From the NCBI GenBank assembly GCA_030431455.1, contig JAUIJE010000002.1, forward strand, positions 129,294 to 193,293: a stretch of DNA of 64,000 nt, written 5' to 3'. The DNA comes from a bacterium (lineage in GTDB: Bacteria > Myxococcota > UBA727 > JAUIJE01). Numbering within the stretch: the stretch's first letter is position 1; every line of letters begins with the position of its first letter. The translations under genes and the position numbers were made by a program. A model generated the notes under the pieces. The model was not told the origin of the DNA and did not search any database. It saw only the letters and a program-made list of their open reading frames with translations. Positions 9,056-18,833 of this stretch are shown here, piece after piece.

Positions 9056-10270
9056 ATGCAACGTGCGCTCGTCGTCTCCACCCTCGTTCTGCTCACCGCG
9101 GGCCACGCCTCGGCCTACAAGCTGCTCGGCGCCCCCTGGGACCCCAATCGCGGGCCGGTGCCGTACGTGATGCACCCCGACGGCAGCGATGACATCTCGG
9201 ACGGGAGCGACCTGCAGGCCATCCGCAACGCCATGGACCGCTGGACGTGTATGGAGGACGCCGCGCTGCGGTCCCGGGAGTACCCGGTGGAGCTCAACGA
9301 CCAGGGCGAGCCCACCGGGTTCAACATTTGGTGGGACGAGACCGGCCAAGAGATGATGGGCCCGTCCACCCTCGGGGTGGGCGGCGGGGACGGCGGGTCG
9401 GGGGTGGCCCGGCGGTCGGGGTTCATCATTTTCAACGGCCTCGACCACACCTGGACCAGTGACATTGGAGCCAACCCCTCGATGGTCGATGTCGAGAGCA
9501 TCGCGGTGCACGAAGGCGGGCACATGCTCGGTCTCGGCCACTCCTGCACCGACGACCAGGAGACGGACTGCCTGCCCGCCGACCAATCGGTGATGAACCC
9601 GACATATCCCGGCGGCAACGCCCAAGAGCTCAAGCAGGACGACATCGACGGCTTTTTGGCCATGTACGAAAAGACCGATCCCGCCGACAACTCCACCTGC
9701 GACGGGCCCTACCGCCACGGGGAAATCTGCGCCTGCAACGACGACTGCATCGAGGGCTTGAGCTGCGTGGCCCAGCTCGACGACACCCAGATCTGCTCCC
9801 CCGGGGGCTGCGACAGCGACAACATCGACGCCTGCGGCCCCGGCTTCAACTGCGTGCTCTCGGCCAAGCCCGACGACGAGACCCCCGCGCCCGGCACCTG
9901 CATCAAAGGCGTGAGCGGCCAAGCCGCGCCGCCGGGCACCGCGTGTGGATCCAGCGAGTTCATCTGCGGCAACCTGGACTGCACGCGCTCGGGCACCGCC
10001 GACGCCGATGTGTGCTTCAAGGGCTGCCAGGTCGACGACGACTGCGATCACGGCTACGTGTGCGCGGGCATCCTGTGTCTGCTCGACCCCGACCGGCTGT
10101 CCATCGAGTGCCCCAGCGGGGACGGGGACGGCGACGGCGATGGGGATGGCGACGGGGACGCGGACATGGGCGATGGCTGCGGCTGCACCGCCCAGGACAC
10201 CAACCAGGGCGCGCTGGCCTTCGCCGCCTTCCCGCTGCTGTGGGCGGTGGTGAGACGCCGCCGGCGCTGA
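9056..10270 (+). CDS. Matrixin/metzincin-like zinc metalloprotease with a Cys-rich C-terminal domain, poly(Asp-Gly) linker and MYXO-CTERM-like tail.
   Basis: Signal peptide MQRALVVSTLVLLTAGHASA. Zinc-binding HEGGHMLGLGHS (HExxHxxGxxH) followed by a Met-turn SVMNP. C-terminus reads GDGDGDGDGDGDGDADMGDGCGCTAQ...AFAAFPLLWAVVRRRRR. Confidence 0.8.
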   Translation: MQRALVVSTLVLLTAGHASAYKLLGAPWDPNRGPVPYVMHPDGSDDISDGSDLQAIRNAMDRWTCMEDAALRSREYPVELNDQGEPTGFNIWWDETGQEMMGPSTLGVGGGDGGSGVARRSGFIIFNGLDHTWTSDIGANPSMVDVESIAVHEGGHMLGLGHSCTDDQETDCLPADQSVMNPTYPGGNAQELKQDDIDGFLAMYEKTDPADNSTCDGPYRHGEICACNDDCIEGLSCVAQLDDTQICSPGGCDSDNIDACGPGFNCVLSAKPDDETPAPGTCIKGVSGQAAPPGTACGSSEFICGNLDCTRSGTADADVCFKGCQVDDDCDHGYVCAGILCLLDPDRLSIECPSGDGDGDGDGDGDGDADMGDGCGCTAQDTNQGALAFAAFPLLWAVVRRRRR

Positions 10271-10433
10271 GCCCGGCCCCGGCGGGTCCAGGGGTTCGGG
10301 TCGCGGCCCTTTGTGTCGTTGAGAGCGTGTACGCCGCGATCGGCCTCGGTGCGGTCCGGGACGTGGCCATGGCGAGGTTCGTCGCGGTGGCCCGCGCCGG
10401 TGGGGTCCGTGCTGAGCGCGGCCCGAGGCCCCC

Positions 10434-11594
10434 GTGGAACGACCCCGACTGCTCTTTGTCGACGACGCCCCCAGCATCCTGCACGGGCTGGAGAACGCCC
10501 TGTTCGATCGCGAGGAAGAGTGGGACCTGACCTTCCTCGACGACCCCTTCGCCGCGGCCGCCCGGGTGGAGCGCGGCGAGGTCGACATCCTGATCAGTGA
10601 CATGCGGATGCCCGGCCTCGACGGGCGCGAGCTGATGTTGCGGGCCCAAGAGCACGCGCCGGCCGCGTACCGGATCATGCTCTCGGGCACGACCGAATGG
10701 GCGTTGGCCGAAGAGACCCTGACCGTGGCCCACGAGTTTTTGTCCAAGCCCTGCGGCGACGCCGCGCTGATGCGCGCCCCCGGCCACGGGGTCGACCTCG
10801 TGACCCGGCACAGCCCCGCCGTCCGGCAGCACCTCGGCCGGCTCGCGTTGCTGCCCCCGCGGCCGGCCCTGTTCGACGAGCTCAGCTTGCTCGCGGTCCA
10901 AGACGCCTCGGCCGACCGCCTGGTCGAACTGCTCGAGCTCGACGTCGGTCTGTCCGCCAAGCTCCTGCACCTCGCCCACACCGCGTTTTTCTCCGGGGGC
11001 GGCCCCATCCACACCGTGGCCGACGCGGTGCAACACCTCGGGGTGCCGTCGGTGCGCCGGCTGGTCGAGTCCGCCGAGGCTTACGTCGCCCCGACCCCCC
11101 AAATCGCGGAAGTGATCGAATCGCTCAACGCCCACTCGGTCCAAGTGGCCGAGCGCGCGGCCGCGATCGTGCCCCCCCCGCTGCGGGCCCAAGCCCGGAC
11201 CGCGGGGCTGCTCCACGACGTCGGGGAGTTGATCATCGCCCAGGCCGCGCCCGCGCTGTACCACGCCGCGGTGCCCCACCCACACGACACCGACCCCGCG
11301 CGCCTGTCCGAGGAGCGCCGCGCGTTTGGTTTTCACCACGCCGAGCTGGGCGCGGCCCTTTTGCAGATGTGGAACATCGGGGGCGGACCGGCGGCGGTGG
11401 CCGCGCACCACCATGGCCCGGCCCGCGGTCCCGACGAGCACCGCACGGTGTTGTGGGCGGTGTACCTGGCCGCGCTCGAGCCCGGGGCCGACCCCGTGGC
11501 CGGGCCCCCAGAGGTCGCGCCGCTGGTCGACCGGTGGCGCCGGGGGGCCGCGGACGAGGCCCCGCCCGCCCCCGTGGCCGCGCCCGCGCCCTGA
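10434..11594 (+). CDS. Response regulator with a receiver (REC) domain fused to an HDOD domain.
   Basis: GTG start. The N-terminus RLLFVDDAPSILHGL...DILISDMRMPGLDG...LSKP is a canonical REC with the phospho-acceptor Asp. The C-terminal half reads like HDOD. Confidence 0.7.
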   Translation: MERPRLLFVDDAPSILHGLENALFDREEEWDLTFLDDPFAAAARVERGEVDILISDMRMPGLDGRELMLRAQEHAPAAYRIMLSGTTEWALAEETLTVAHEFLSKPCGDAALMRAPGHGVDLVTRHSPAVRQHLGRLALLPPRPALFDELSLLAVQDASADRLVELLELDVGLSAKLLHLAHTAFFSGGGPIHTVADAVQHLGVPSVRRLVESAEAYVAPTPQIAEVIESLNAHSVQVAERAAAIVPPPLRAQARTAGLLHDVGELIIAQAAPALYHAAVPHPHDTDPARLSEERRAFGFHHAELGAALLQMWNIGGGPAAVAAHHHGPARGPDEHRTVLWAVYLAALEPGADPVAGPPEVAPLVDRWRRGAADEAPPAPVAAPAP

Positions 11595-11612
11595 GCGACG
11601 TCCGTCGTGGGG

Positions 11613-11984
11613 TCAGTCCGGGGTCACGCCCAGCAGGCGCTGCACGGTGGCTTTGAGCGCCGCGGGGGTGAAGGGTTTGGTCACCCACTCGCTCACCCCA
11701 CACCGCCGTCCGCGCTGGACCAAGTCGTCGTCGGTCTCGACCGTCAACATCAAGACCGGCGGCAACACCGCGGAGATGGTCTTGCCGCACTCGGCGAGCA
11801 TGTCGAGGCCGGTCATGCCCGGCATGTTCACGTCGCAGATGACCAAGGCGATGTCAGATTCGGCGGCCAGCTTCTCCAAGCCTTCGGCGCCGTGCCGGGC
11901 CTCGACGATGGTGTAGTCCGGCAACATCCGCGCGATCGAACGGCGGATGGCGGCGGAATCGTCGACGACGAGCACCTTGTACAT
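11613..11984 (-). CDS. Single-domain CheY-like response regulator.
   Basis: 123 aa: MYKVLVVDDSAAIRRSIARML...ICDVNMPGMTGLDML...TKPF, with all receiver hallmarks (DD pair, phospho-Asp, T, K). Confidence 0.85.
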   Translation of the reverse strand: MYKVLVVDDSAAIRRSIARMLPDYTIVEARHGAEGLEKLAAESDIALVICDVNMPGMTGLDMLAECGKTISAVLPPVLMLTVETDDDLVQRGRRCGVSEWVTKPFTPAALKATVQRLLGVTPD

Positions 11985-12077
11985 CAGCCCAAGTTACCAA
12001 GATGAAGAACCGGACCGAAGTTTTGGGCTCGATCTTGATCAAACCGACGCAAGCGGTCGGCGCGGTCCCGCAGGGGG

Positions 12078-13685
12078 TCAGCGCAGCTGCAGCCCGAGGA
12101 GTTCCTGCAGCGACATGTACAAGTCGTGCCCCATGTCCGGCCCGATGCTGTTGATCTCGCCGTACTGGCCGTTCTCTTTGTAGGCGAAGGGCGGGGCCTC
12201 GTCGAACTGCGCCTTGGGGATGATGTAGCCGAGGGCATCATTGGCATTGTTGATCGCCACCACCGTCTCGTCGTCGCCGAACAGGCTGAGCAGCGCGGGG
12301 TCGATGGGCGCGTCGGGAAAGTCCCCGCCCGCGGGGCGCTCGACCAGGGAGCCCTCCGGGCCCTCCAGCCACAGCTCGGGGTAGAGCTCGCCGGGGATGG
12401 TCACGATGGTGACGTCCCCGAAGCGCAGGATGTTGAGCTCGGTGTTGATCAGCATGCCCCCGTCGCGGATGTCCTCGATGGGCAGCTCGCGCAGCCGCTC
12501 CCCCTCGACGAAAGTGCCGTCGGGCAAAAACCCGTCGCGTTCGACCAGGCCGACCTTGAGGGCCAAAACCAAGCGAAGGTTGTCCACCTGGGTGAAGTAG
12601 GACATCCGGGTGAACGACAGGGTGGGGGTCACCGACCGGCCGTCGCTGAGCGCGGCCCCGGCCAGTCCCGCGACGTTGGTGCCGATGTAGTCCGCGAGTT
12701 CGAACGTGCCCGAGGGGCAGGTCTCGTCGCCGTTTTCGTCGGGGCAGCCGGCGATGTGCAGAGGGTTCATCAGGCCGCCGAGGTTGCCCGCGGAGAACAC
12801 CGCCACCGACCCGGGGTACTGGTCCTCGAGCCCGGTGCGCAGATAATGTGGATAGTCAGAGGTGATGATGTGGTTGTCGCCCCCCAATGCTTCTGGGTGG
12901 TTGCCCCAGAAGGTCCAGGTCGCGACCGTGCCCCCGTCGTCGGCATCGAAGCGCAGGGTGGTGATGGTGGGGTCTTTGACCTCGGGGAGGCGGGAGTCGT
13001 CGATGAGGTCGGGGGCGGTGCTTTGGCCCACCGTGACCGTCACCGGCACCATGTTGTCGAGGCTGGCCTCGAGCCCGGCCACCGCCCGGGTGATGATGTG
13101 CTCGAGATAGGCGGGGTCGCGCCCGGTGGTGCCCGGGTCGGGCCCGGAGATGCCCATGGTGTCCTCGGCCTCGTGGTTGTGCGTGGCCGCGACGATGACG
13201 TGGTCGAACCCGAGGGGCTCGGCCGCGGCCCGCAACGCGTTCACGTCGGCCTGGAACACCCCGAGGGTGTCGAAGCTGACCATGCCCACCAGCATGTCCC
13301 CCTGGGCGAACACCAAGGTCCGCGCCCACAGGTCGTCGTGCACCCCGTTGGCGGCCCGGCCCATGTCGAAGCCGGCCATCCAGGCCGCGTCCCATTGGCC
13401 GTCGCCGTCCGCGTCGTCGAAGGGCTCGTCCGGGTCCTTGACCCCGTCTCCGTCGAGGTCGTCCCAGGTCTCGAAGGTCGGCGTGATCGTCTCCGCCGCC
13501 GCCCCCACCATCAACGGACCGTCCCCGCTTTCGCAGCCCTGGGCCCCCGGACACACCGCGGGGGTGGGCCGCCCGTGGTTGTCCACCATCGGCACCGTGC
13601 GCATCGCGGGCACGGTGGTGATCTGTACGTCGCCGTCACAGGCAAAGAGACCGGCGCACCCCAACAAGGCCAGCAGCTTTTTCAT
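12078..13685 (-). CDS. Secreted lipoprotein, possibly a neutral/alkaline ceramidase-family hydrolase.
   Basis: ATG at 13685 opens MKKLLALLGCAGLFAC (lipobox). ATHNHEAEDTMGISGP resembles the His-rich zinc site (xTHxHSGP) of bacterial neutral ceramidases. The family call is tentative. Confidence 0.45.
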   Translation of the reverse strand: MKKLLALLGCAGLFACDGDVQITTVPAMRTVPMVDNHGRPTPAVCPGAQGCESGDGPLMVGAAAETITPTFETWDDLDGDGVKDPDEPFDDADGDGQWDAAWMAGFDMGRAANGVHDDLWARTLVFAQGDMLVGMVSFDTLGVFQADVNALRAAAEPLGFDHVIVAATHNHEAEDTMGISGPDPGTTGRDPAYLEHIITRAVAGLEASLDNMVPVTVTVGQSTAPDLIDDSRLPEVKDPTITTLRFDADDGGTVATWTFWGNHPEALGGDNHIITSDYPHYLRTGLEDQYPGSVAVFSAGNLGGLMNPLHIAGCPDENGDETCPSGTFELADYIGTNVAGLAGAALSDGRSVTPTLSFTRMSYFTQVDNLRLVLALKVGLVERDGFLPDGTFVEGERLRELPIEDIRDGGMLINTELNILRFGDVTIVTIPGELYPELWLEGPEGSLVERPAGGDFPDAPIDPALLSLFGDDETVVAINNANDALGYIIPKAQFDEAPPFAYKENGQYGEINSIGPDMGHDLYMSLQELLGLQLR

Positions 13686-13738
13686 GCGCGTCCGATACGC
13701 CACTGCAGCGGGCCCGCCAACACCGTTGGCGCCCTTGG

Positions 13739-15286
13739 TCAACCGCCAAAGATCTCAGGGTCGTAGCCGCCGCTGCAGTGACAGGCCCCGCTCGCCTCCA
13801 CCCACACATCGCTCAAAAGCTCGGTGCCCAACGCCTCGGCGCAGCAGGTGCGGCAGTCTTCTTCCGGGTCCAGCTTCCCCTGAATCGCCGCGGGGTCGAT
13901 GTCGCCGTCCGGGCACTTCACCTCCACGCCCAAACAGTGACATTTGTCTTCCTCGAACACCGACCCCTCGAGACAACACACCTCGCAGTCGGCCACCCCC
14001 GCCGCGTCTTGGTAACAGTGCGCGGCGTTGTCGAGGATCTCCTTGGCGCTGGGGGCATCCGACCCCCCGCACATCTCCCCGCACATCGACAAAAAGAAAA
14101 AACCCACAAACGCCACGATCGACAACAACGCCTTGATCGGGGTGTTGCTGCGGCTGGACTTTTCGAAATAGTCCATGTCGATGCCGAGGGCACAGGCCAC
14201 CAACACCGCGCGCTGGTCGACGTCAAAGCGGTCGGGGTCGGCGAACTCGATGCTGAAGTTGTCCGCGTCGGTGAAGGCCTCTTGCAGCAGGCCCGCGTGC
14301 TGTTTGGTGATGGCCCCGACCTCGGTCGTGGTGCCGGGCTGGACCAAGGGAAACTTCCAGACCCGGAAAAACCCCGCCTTCACCTGGGCGAACAGTTGGC
14401 CTTTGCCGTCGACGAGGTCGTACTGCCGCGACAGCAGCGCGAACTTTTTGCGCACCGCCCCCATCGGCCGCCCGGTGGCGCTTTCGTGCACCGTGGTCTG
14501 GGGCATCCAGAACGTGAACTTCCGCTCCGCCCGCGCCTGCGGCTGGCCTTGCGGGTCCTGCAGCGAGATCGACAGCGGCCGCCGGGCCCCGAGCACCTGC
14601 CGCAGGGCCACCCCGAGCACGCCCCCGCCCTCCTCGAGGGCGTGGCCGATGCCCGCCACCCCGGCGTCGATCTCGTAGTCGTTCTTTTGTTCGATCCCGA
14701 GCAGCTCGCCGGCCTTGCGGCGCTGGCGCAGCTCGATGCGGCCCGCTTGTCCCAAAAAGCCCATCGCCCCGCCCGCGCCCGCGGGTGCGAGCGGGGTCCC
14801 GTCGTCAAACGGGTCCGCCGCCCCCCCGTGCACCTCGACGTGGGCCCCGGGACGGTCGGGGGCCGGGCCCGCGGCCCCGGCGGGGCGGGCCACCGGGGTG
14901 GGCGCGTCGAGCTCGAGCCCGGAGCCGCCGCCGGTGACGAGCATCGGCGACAGCTCGGGCACCAACCGCTCGAGGTCGCCGGCGGCAAAACACGTCAGGC
15001 CGTCGGTGAGGCACGCATGGGTCTGCACCCCCTTGAGCAAGAAGCGTCGCATGCGCTGCTGGCACACCGGGCAGGACAAGGCGCTGGGCTGGCTTTGGTC
15101 GCGGGCGAGTGCACCCAATGTAGCTGCATCGATCCCGATGTGGGCGGTGACCTGCTTGGTCGCGTCCGCGGGGCAGACGTGGCTGCCGCAGCTCTGGCAT
15201 CCCCACGCCCCGACGGGGGCGCGGTTTTGCTCCCACTGGGTGCCCTGGCAGGTTGGACACAACGGACCGCTCACGATTCCCCCCAA
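13739..15286 (-). CDS. Zinc-ribbon / scramblase-like (tubby-fold) / transmembrane / Cys-rich modular protein.
   Basis: N-terminal CPTCQG...CQSCGSHVC and CPVCQQ...HAC are two zinc ribbons. Middle FTFWMPQTTVHESATGRPMGAVRKKFALLSRQYDLVDGKGQLFAQVKAGFFRVWKFPLV resembles PF03803 scramblase. Then a TM helix LLSIVAFVGFFFLSMCG and about 100 aa with 18 Cys. Confidence 0.5.
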   Translation of the reverse strand: MGGIVSGPLCPTCQGTQWEQNRAPVGAWGCQSCGSHVCPADATKQVTAHIGIDAATLGALARDQSQPSALSCPVCQQRMRRFLLKGVQTHACLTDGLTCFAAGDLERLVPELSPMLVTGGGSGLELDAPTPVARPAGAAGPAPDRPGAHVEVHGGAADPFDDGTPLAPAGAGGAMGFLGQAGRIELRQRRKAGELLGIEQKNDYEIDAGVAGIGHALEEGGGVLGVALRQVLGARRPLSISLQDPQGQPQARAERKFTFWMPQTTVHESATGRPMGAVRKKFALLSRQYDLVDGKGQLFAQVKAGFFRVWKFPLVQPGTTTEVGAITKQHAGLLQEAFTDADNFSIEFADPDRFDVDQRAVLVACALGIDMDYFEKSSRSNTPIKALLSIVAFVGFFFLSMCGEMCGGSDAPSAKEILDNAAHCYQDAAGVADCEVCCLEGSVFEEDKCHCLGVEVKCPDGDIDPAAIQGKLDPEEDCRTCCAEALGTELLSDVWVEASGACHCSGGYDPEIFGG

Positions 15287-15346
15287 CCAGGCGACGATAG
15301 GCCGAGCCCGGGGACGGGAGCAAGACGCGGACGGCCCGCCCGGGGG

Positions 15347-18300
15347 CTATTCCCGCAACACTTCGAGGCTGTAGCGGGTGAGCTCGCCCGTCGCGCTGTG
15401 GGTGGAGCGCACCTCCACGTAAAACCCCTCCCCCGGGTTGAGGTCGGGGGGGAGCACGGTGGTGTCGATGAGGTTGTTCTCGAAGGTCGCGACCACGGTC
15501 CCGGCCAGATCGAGCACCTTGACGGTGAGGTCGTGGACATCGTGCAGGCTGCTCGCCCGCACCCGGATGGTCTCCGCGGGGTCCAAGGCGGTGGCCAGGG
15601 TCACGCGGTACACATCGGGGTCGTCGGTGTTGCTCTGTCCCTGAACAAACAGTGGCAAGCTGGCGTCCTGCGCGCCGGCGATGTCGTCGTTGGGCTCTTG
15701 TTCCGCCGGGCCGAGGTTGCGCGCCACCTCCACCGCGTAGCTGTCGGGGCGGTTGGTCGACGAAAAGCCGTCGGGCACGATGGTGAAAAAGAGCTGATCG
15801 CCCGCCGGCAAGGGGTGCACCGCCTCGGCCGCGTAGTCCTCGACGTAGAAGGTCTCGGTGCCGTCGGGCTCATAGAGCCGGAGCTGGAAATCGCCGCGCT
15901 CGAGCTCGTTGTTGAAGCGCACCGAGAGGTGTTCGTCGGGGCTGGCGGGGGCGAGGAGGTCGACGCGGTAGGTGTCGATGTTGTTGCGGTTGTCCTGCCC
16001 CACCACCCGCACCGGGGCGGCGCCGAGGTGGAGCACGTGGGCGGAGACGAAGTCATCGTTGGGCTCTTGCTCGACGTCGTCTTGCAGGGACACGGACAGC
16101 TCGTAGAGATCGGGGGCCGAGGTGCTGTTGCCCTCGACCCGGAGCCGCACCGTCTCGGTGGCGGCCAGGGGAATGAACAGCACCGCGTCCTCGTGACGGC
16201 TGGTCTTGAGCTCTTGGCCGGCGTCGTCGATCCACGCGAGGTTGAGATCGGAGACGTCGGCGTCGTTGTGCAGCCGCACCCGGAGGTTCTGCCCCGGGGC
16301 GAGGGGGGCGGGGACGTCGAGGGTGAAGACGTCGGGCTCGCCCTTGATGCTCTGGCCCACCACCCGGTAAGGAAAGCTGGTGGTGGGGATGGGGTTGGCC
16401 GCGGCCACCACGTCGTTGGGCTCGAGTTCGGTGGCGTCGGTGACCCGCTCGACGTCGACCACGTACCGGAACTCGAAGTCGTCTTCGTTGCCCTCGAAGT
16501 CGAGGAAGAACGGCCCGGGTCCGTCGTGGGCAAACAGCCGCCAACGGGTCTGGCGCCGGGTGTTCACGCTGTAGAGTTCTTCGTCGAGCAGGTCCTTGAT
16601 GCGCAGCCGGGTGGCGGCGAGGGTGTCCAAGGCCTCGATGCGCACCTCGATGTACTCCCCCGGACCGAGGGCCGGGCTCGGCTCGAGCCGGTACACGTCG
16701 TGGAGGTTGTCGAGCAGGGTGCCGGTGAAGTGGGCGGGCAAGCTCTCGATGAGCTGGGCCGCGGCCACGGTGTCGTTGGGCTCGGCGTCGAACACCGGCG
16801 GCACCGGTCCCGCCTGCACCATGAGGGTCCACTCCCGCACCGGGGGGTTGGGGGGCTCGATCGCCACCGGGGTGATCAAGAAGTACAGCTCGGCGGGGGC
16901 CGCGTCGACGATCGCCCGGAGCCGGCCGGGCTCCTCCTCGGTGGCGTCGCGGATTTCGTGCAGCCGGCCCCGGGGGTCTTTTTGGTAGAGGATAAAATCG
17001 GGCATACCCGACAAGAAGCTGGTCTGGACCTCGAGCAACAGCGGCGCGCCCACGTCGATGCGGGTCCAGCTCGTGTCCGGCACATACCGCCCCGGCGACA
17101 GGTCGTCCCCGGTGGCGGAGAAGGCCACGTCCCCGTCGAGGTCGAAGGTGCCCGCGCCGCTGGCCGAGGTCGTGGTCACGGAAAAGCCCACCCACACATC
17201 GCTCTTGTCGCGGTTGACCGCGAGCCAGCGGTAGGTGCCCGCCTCGGGGGTCACCGCGTAGGCGGTGTCCCGGTCGAGGTCGTCCCAGGTGCCGATCACC
17301 CCGCTCGGCCCCACCAAGGTCGCCTGGGGCTGGTTGAGGTCGAGCAACACCGAGGTCAGGACCTGGCCCGCGGGGGCGTCAAACGCGAACACCTGGCCGC
17401 TCAGGCCCTCGATCTCCACCCGGGGCGCGGCCAAGGTCTCGTCGAGCCCCACCGCGCCCACCTCCTGGACCGTCATCCGGCTCACATCGACATCAAACGA
17501 AATGTCGAAGCCAAGCGAGGTCTGCCAATCCACCACCACCAAGAGCGCGCCCGCGGCCGAGGCCCACGCCCCTTGCACCAGGGCGTAGACATCATCGTCC
17601 TCCTCGAGCACGACCTCCTCGAGGAACGCCCCCTCGGGGGAGAACAGCAACAGCGCCGGCACGGTGGCGACGTCCTCCGCCTCAAAGCTGAGCAGCAGCC
17701 CCGCGGGTTCGGTGGACGACAGGGCAAAGAAGTTGTCGTCGAGGCCGAGCAGCTGCCCGGAGGCGCTCACCGTCTCCCCCGCCCCCCCGGGCAACAGTTC
17801 CTGCGGGGTGGGGGGCATGACCTCCTCGACGACGCCGATGTACGCAAAGTCCGGGTCGCCGATGAGCGGGGCCGCGTCGGGGTCGGCGATGACCGCCACC
17901 GGGGCGATGGTGAGCACATAGGGCCCGTCGTAGGGGAGCACCACCTCCCGCTCGGGTTCGCTCACCACCCCGAGGCGCGAGGTCCGCACGTAGCCTTCGG
18001 GCCCCTCGAGGCGGAACGCGGGCTGGGGCAGCCCCGCGTCGAAGATCTTGATGCGCAGGTACTGCCCCGCCACCCCGTCGAACGTCCACTGGTCGATGTC
18101 CTGCTCGACCACGTCGTCCCCGTCGAGGTCCACCGGCCGGCCGATGACCCCGGTGAAGATCAGGCTGTCGCCCACCGGCTCGAGCACCAATGTCTCTGGA
18201 CTCCCCCCGTAGGCGGGGTCGTTCATGTCCGGCACGCTCTCGGTGGCGTCCGCGTCCCCGGCGAGGATGTCGTCCTCGGACAGACAAAGGCCCGCGCTCG

Positions 18301-18823
18301 CGAACAGGCCCGGTCCGCACACCACGTCCGGCGTGCACAGGTGGGTGAGCGGGTGGTAGGTGGTGCCGGTGCCGCAGTTGTCGACGGGGACGCATTCCCC
18401 GCTGGCGTCGTCGAAGGTGGTGCCCTCACCGCACTGGGTGGTGTCGAGGCAGTCGCCGGTCACGGGGTCGGGGGTGGTGCCGTCGCCGCAGGTGAACAGC
18501 GGGAGGCACTGCCCGGTGGACGGGTCGAGTTCGGTGCCTTCACCACAGGTGGCTTCGGGCACACACTCCCGTGCACTGGCATTGTAGACGGTGCCCGGGC
18601 CACAGGTGGCCAGGGGTCGACACTCCCCGGTGGCTTCGTCGAGGGAGGTGCCCGGTCCGCACACCACCGGGACCAGGGTCGAGACGCACGCCCCGTCCTC
18701 GGCCCGGGTGTCCTCGCCGCAGAGCACCCCGTCCCCCGATGGGCACGCGCCGAACAGGGCTGCGGCGGGGAGCAGCGCGGCCAGGGACAAGAGGCGGGCG
18801 GTCATGGTCTTTTGGTCGGTCAT
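15347..18823 (-). CDS. Very large secreted protein with N-terminal Myxococcus-type Cys-rich repeats (CGxGT...C) followed by multiple pre-peptidase C-terminal (PPC)-like domains.
   Basis: ATG at 18823 is preceded by GAGGAG and opens a signal peptide MTDQKTMTARLLSLAALLPAAALFGAC. Repeats of about 13 aa of the form ...CGPGT.....C..... occur. Several EPNDxxxxA modules (EPNDTVAAAQ, EPNDVVAAAN, EPNDDFVSAH, EPNDDIAGAQ) mark PPC domains. Confidence 0.7.
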   Translation of the reverse strand: MTDQKTMTARLLSLAALLPAAALFGACPSGDGVLCGEDTRAEDGACVSTLVPVVCGPGTSLDEATGECRPLATCGPGTVYNASARECVPEATCGEGTELDPSTGQCLPLFTCGDGTTPDPVTGDCLDTTQCGEGTTFDDASGECVPVDNCGTGTTYHPLTHLCTPDVVCGPGLFASAGLCLSEDDILAGDADATESVPDMNDPAYGGSPETLVLEPVGDSLIFTGVIGRPVDLDGDDVVEQDIDQWTFDGVAGQYLRIKIFDAGLPQPAFRLEGPEGYVRTSRLGVVSEPEREVVLPYDGPYVLTIAPVAVIADPDAAPLIGDPDFAYIGVVEEVMPPTPQELLPGGAGETVSASGQLLGLDDNFFALSSTEPAGLLLSFEAEDVATVPALLLFSPEGAFLEEVVLEEDDDVYALVQGAWASAAGALLVVVDWQTSLGFDISFDVDVSRMTVQEVGAVGLDETLAAPRVEIEGLSGQVFAFDAPAGQVLTSVLLDLNQPQATLVGPSGVIGTWDDLDRDTAYAVTPEAGTYRWLAVNRDKSDVWVGFSVTTTSASGAGTFDLDGDVAFSATGDDLSPGRYVPDTSWTRIDVGAPLLLEVQTSFLSGMPDFILYQKDPRGRLHEIRDATEEEPGRLRAIVDAAPAELYFLITPVAIEPPNPPVREWTLMVQAGPVPPVFDAEPNDTVAAAQLIESLPAHFTGTLLDNLHDVYRLEPSPALGPGEYIEVRIEALDTLAATRLRIKDLLDEELYSVNTRRQTRWRLFAHDGPGPFFLDFEGNEDDFEFRYVVDVERVTDATELEPNDVVAAANPIPTTSFPYRVVGQSIKGEPDVFTLDVPAPLAPGQNLRVRLHNDADVSDLNLAWIDDAGQELKTSRHEDAVLFIPLAATETVRLRVEGNSTSAPDLYELSVSLQDDVEQEPNDDFVSAHVLHLGAAPVRVVGQDNRNNIDTYRVDLLAPASPDEHLSVRFNNELERGDFQLRLYEPDGTETFYVEDYAAEAVHPLPAGDQLFFTIVPDGFSSTNRPDSYAVEVARNLGPAEQEPNDDIAGAQDASLPLFVQGQSNTDDPDVYRVTLATALDPAETIRVRASSLHDVHDLTVKVLDLAGTVVATFENNLIDTTVLPPDLNPGEGFYVEVRSTHSATGELTRYSLEVLRE

Positions 18824-18833
18824 GGCGCGCTCC

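Noticed and set aside
10697-11656. 319-aa plus-strand ORF overlapping the REC-HDOD gene in another frame
   Set aside because: Its translation is almost entirely R/P/G/A, which is alternate-frame noise.
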